From an uncultured Verrucomicrobiae bacterium (GTDB lineage: Bacteria > Verrucomicrobiota > Verrucomicrobiia > Limisphaerales > UBA11358): a stretch of DNA of 64,000 nt. The position numbers and the translations under genes were made by a program. How positions within the stretch are numbered: the stretch's first letter is position 1; each line of letters begins with the position of its first letter. Below, in pieces: positions 62,700 to 64,000 of the stretch. The notes beneath the pieces are model-generated. The model saw only the letters and a list, made by a program, of their open reading frames with translations, made no database searches and was not told the origin of the DNA. Location of the stretch: contig CAWHAH010000002.1 of NCBI GenBank assembly GCA_963827205.1, positions 194,433 to 258,432 of the forward strand, written 5' to 3'.

Positions 62700-62835
62700 T
62701 GAACTCGAGGAATGACTAATGACGAGAGAATGACGAAGCCCGAATGGCGAATGGCAGTTTGAGCAGCGAAATTCCATTCGGCATCTGTCATTCGGCATTG
62801 GAAATTCTTTAGTCATTCGGAATTCGGAATCAGTC
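62700..62835. repeat. GTCATT-rich palindromic repeat, copy 4
   Basis: ggaatgactaatgacgagagaatgacgaagcccgaatggcgaatgg...tgtcattcggcattggaaattctttagtcattcggaattcggaatcagtcat aligns with 21709-21835. Confidence 0.8.
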
Positions 62836-63874
62836 ATTTTTGCTCGCCGCCATTTGGGTTAACCACGTTAATTTTTGTCTTTTCCGGCAACCCGTAGGCG
62901 CCCGTTGTCACGACCGACGCGCCTTCTTTGAGTCCGGCGCCCGCAACTTCCACCCAGCCGTTCTCGCGCAAACCGGTCTGCACTGGCGTTTGCGTGGCTT
63001 CATCGCCGTGTACCAGCGCGATGACACTTTTGCCGCTTTCGTCGGTCACCACGCTCTCCGCCGGCGCGGCCAGGCAATTTGTGTGGACCGCCGTGACAAT
63101 TTTCAATTGCACAAATTGGCCGGGCCGCAGCCCGCTGTCCGCCGGCAACAGCGCCCACGTCAGGACCGTGCCGTTCTTCGCATCCATCGCCGGACTGACG
63201 AACGACAACGTCGCCGTCACCAGCGTTTCACTTTGCACCTGCACCTCCTCGCCGATTTTCAAAGCCGCCGCCTCCACCGCCGGAACATCCGCGCTGACGG
63301 CGAGCCGGGTCAAATCAATGACCTCCGCGACCGGCATATTCACGTCCACCGCCTCACCCGGCTTGACGGCAAGCCGCGTGACGGTGCCGGACAAAGGCGC
63401 GACAATTTCAAGCGCGGCCAGTTGCGCCTCGGCGTCCTGCAAACTTTTCAGCGACGTGTTGTTTTGCGCGAACAATTTTTCCTGGCGTTCGGCTTCGGCC
63501 TGCGCGGAATCAAACGTCGTCACGCCGGAATTCAATTCCACCAGCGTATCGCCTTTCTGAACCTGCTGGTCGGCGATGACGTTGAGTTTGGCCACCACGC
63601 CGGCTGCCGGTGCGGCCAGTTGCGCGCCCGCCGCCGGCGCGTCCGCCGTGGCCGGCGCGGCTTCGACTGTGCCATAGCCGCTGACGTAGCGGCGCAATGT
63701 CATTTGTTTGAGCGCGCCGACCTGGACAGCGACGACGGACGGCACATTTTCCGCCGGTCCGCCTTCTTCGTCCGAGTCCGATGACGCCGCGTGGGGCGAT
63801 TTAATAATCGCGTAAATGCCAAGCCCAAGAGCAACGATAATCACGCCGCCGATGATGATTTGTTTGCGCTTCAT
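62834..63874 (-). CDS. RND efflux periplasmic adaptor (MFP)
   Basis: 346-aa ORF with N-terminal TM/signal anchor and lipoyl, coiled-coil and barrel pattern. Confidence 0.85.
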   Translation of the reverse strand: MKRKQIIIGGVIIVALGLGIYAIIKSPHAASSDSDEEGGPAENVPSVVAVQVGALKQMTLRRYVSGYGTVEAAPATADAPAAGAQLAAPAAGVVAKLNVIADQQVQKGDTLVELNSGVTTFDSAQAEAERQEKLFAQNNTSLKSLQDAEAQLAALEIVAPLSGTVTRLAVKPGEAVDVNMPVAEVIDLTRLAVSADVPAVEAAALKIGEEVQVQSETLVTATLSFVSPAMDAKNGTVLTWALLPADSGLRPGQFVQLKIVTAVHTNCLAAPAESVVTDESGKSVIALVHGDEATQTPVQTGLRENGWVEVAGAGLKEGASVVTTGAYGLPEKTKINVVNPNGGEQK

Positions 63875-64000
63875 TTTTCAGTTTTGGAAAGATTGTTTTG
63901 CGCCGCGTCGAGCGTTTCCGCCGGCAGCGTCAACGGGCTTTGGACGGCGTCCTCCAACTGGCCGAGCGCCTGCCGGGCTTGGACCAGTGCGTTGAGGCGG
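63871..64000 (-). CDS. C-terminal end of an upstream gene, probably a TolC-family protein (partial, runs off the window)
   Basis: Hand translation ..RLNALVQARQALGQLEDAVQSPLTLPAETLDAAQNNLSKTEK*; its stop overlaps the MFP ATG (ATGA); mirrors the gene order at 52425. Confidence 0.45.
   Translation of the reverse strand, partial: RLNALVQARQALGQLEDAVQSPLTLPAETLDAAQNNLSKTEK

Noticed and set aside
1-64000. Searched by eye for CRISPR arrays, tRNA/rRNA genes, transposases, integrases, and defence-system hallmarks (large ATPase/nuclease pairs, retron or Cas-like genes).
   Set aside because: None was found. The regular repeats present are palindromic intergenic elements, heptamer arrays and one 66-bp direct repeat pair, not spacer-separated arrays. 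The only toxin-antitoxin module is a broken parDE.

Overview
GC-rich (about 60% by eye), densely coding bacterial chromosomal window with about 75 protein genes. I saw no rRNA, tRNA, CRISPR array, transposase or integrase. Gene content and the low-complexity palindromic intergenic repeats (translating as IPNSEFRIPNSE, FRVFRG, PPQSKTL, MTNE) suggest a Verrucomicrobiota/PVC-type genome; this is inference from memory. All functional calls are by-eye motif recognition and no searches were run.

Layout:
- 0-18 kb: methyltransferase, NfeD-stomatin pair, PilB-type ATPase with a TPR/T2SSE_N partner, a 1477-aa GH13/glycogen-debranching fusion carrying three in-frame repeat insertions, glycerate kinase, and an AT-richer islet with a TPR Ser/Thr kinase and gene fragments.
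- 18.5-27.5 kb: heptose/LPS block (hldC, GT9, tal, gmhB, gmhA, hddA, hddC plus three tailoring enzymes), interrupted by a four-helix-bundle gene and ~130-bp palindromic repeats.
- 27.6-52.4 kb: a large redox/sulfur/metal island. It has an ECF sigma with a ZAS anti-sigma. One ECF-type promoter motif is repeated five times with identical spacing, in front of thioredoxin, rhodanese, DUF2892, DUF6132, USP, PagL and efflux operons. A sigma-54 activator sits between two candidate sigma-54 promoters that share an exact 12-nt upstream motif.
- The sigma-54 promoter on the + strand precedes a long, translationally coupled operon: three NifX-like proteins, an extra peptide deformylase, methyltransferase, DUF89, PNPOx-like, radical SAM, ferritin-like, CoA-disulfide-reductase/rhodanese, DUF302, atypical thioredoxins, TrmO, psd, thiM and Fur. 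This is the best candidate for an undescribed system.
- A 66-bp direct repeat brackets 2.8 kb of that operon, with truncated paralogs at the junctions.
- 52.4-64 kb: two TolC-MFP-RND efflux systems converge on a decaying patch (frameshifted parE, frameshifted RND pump).
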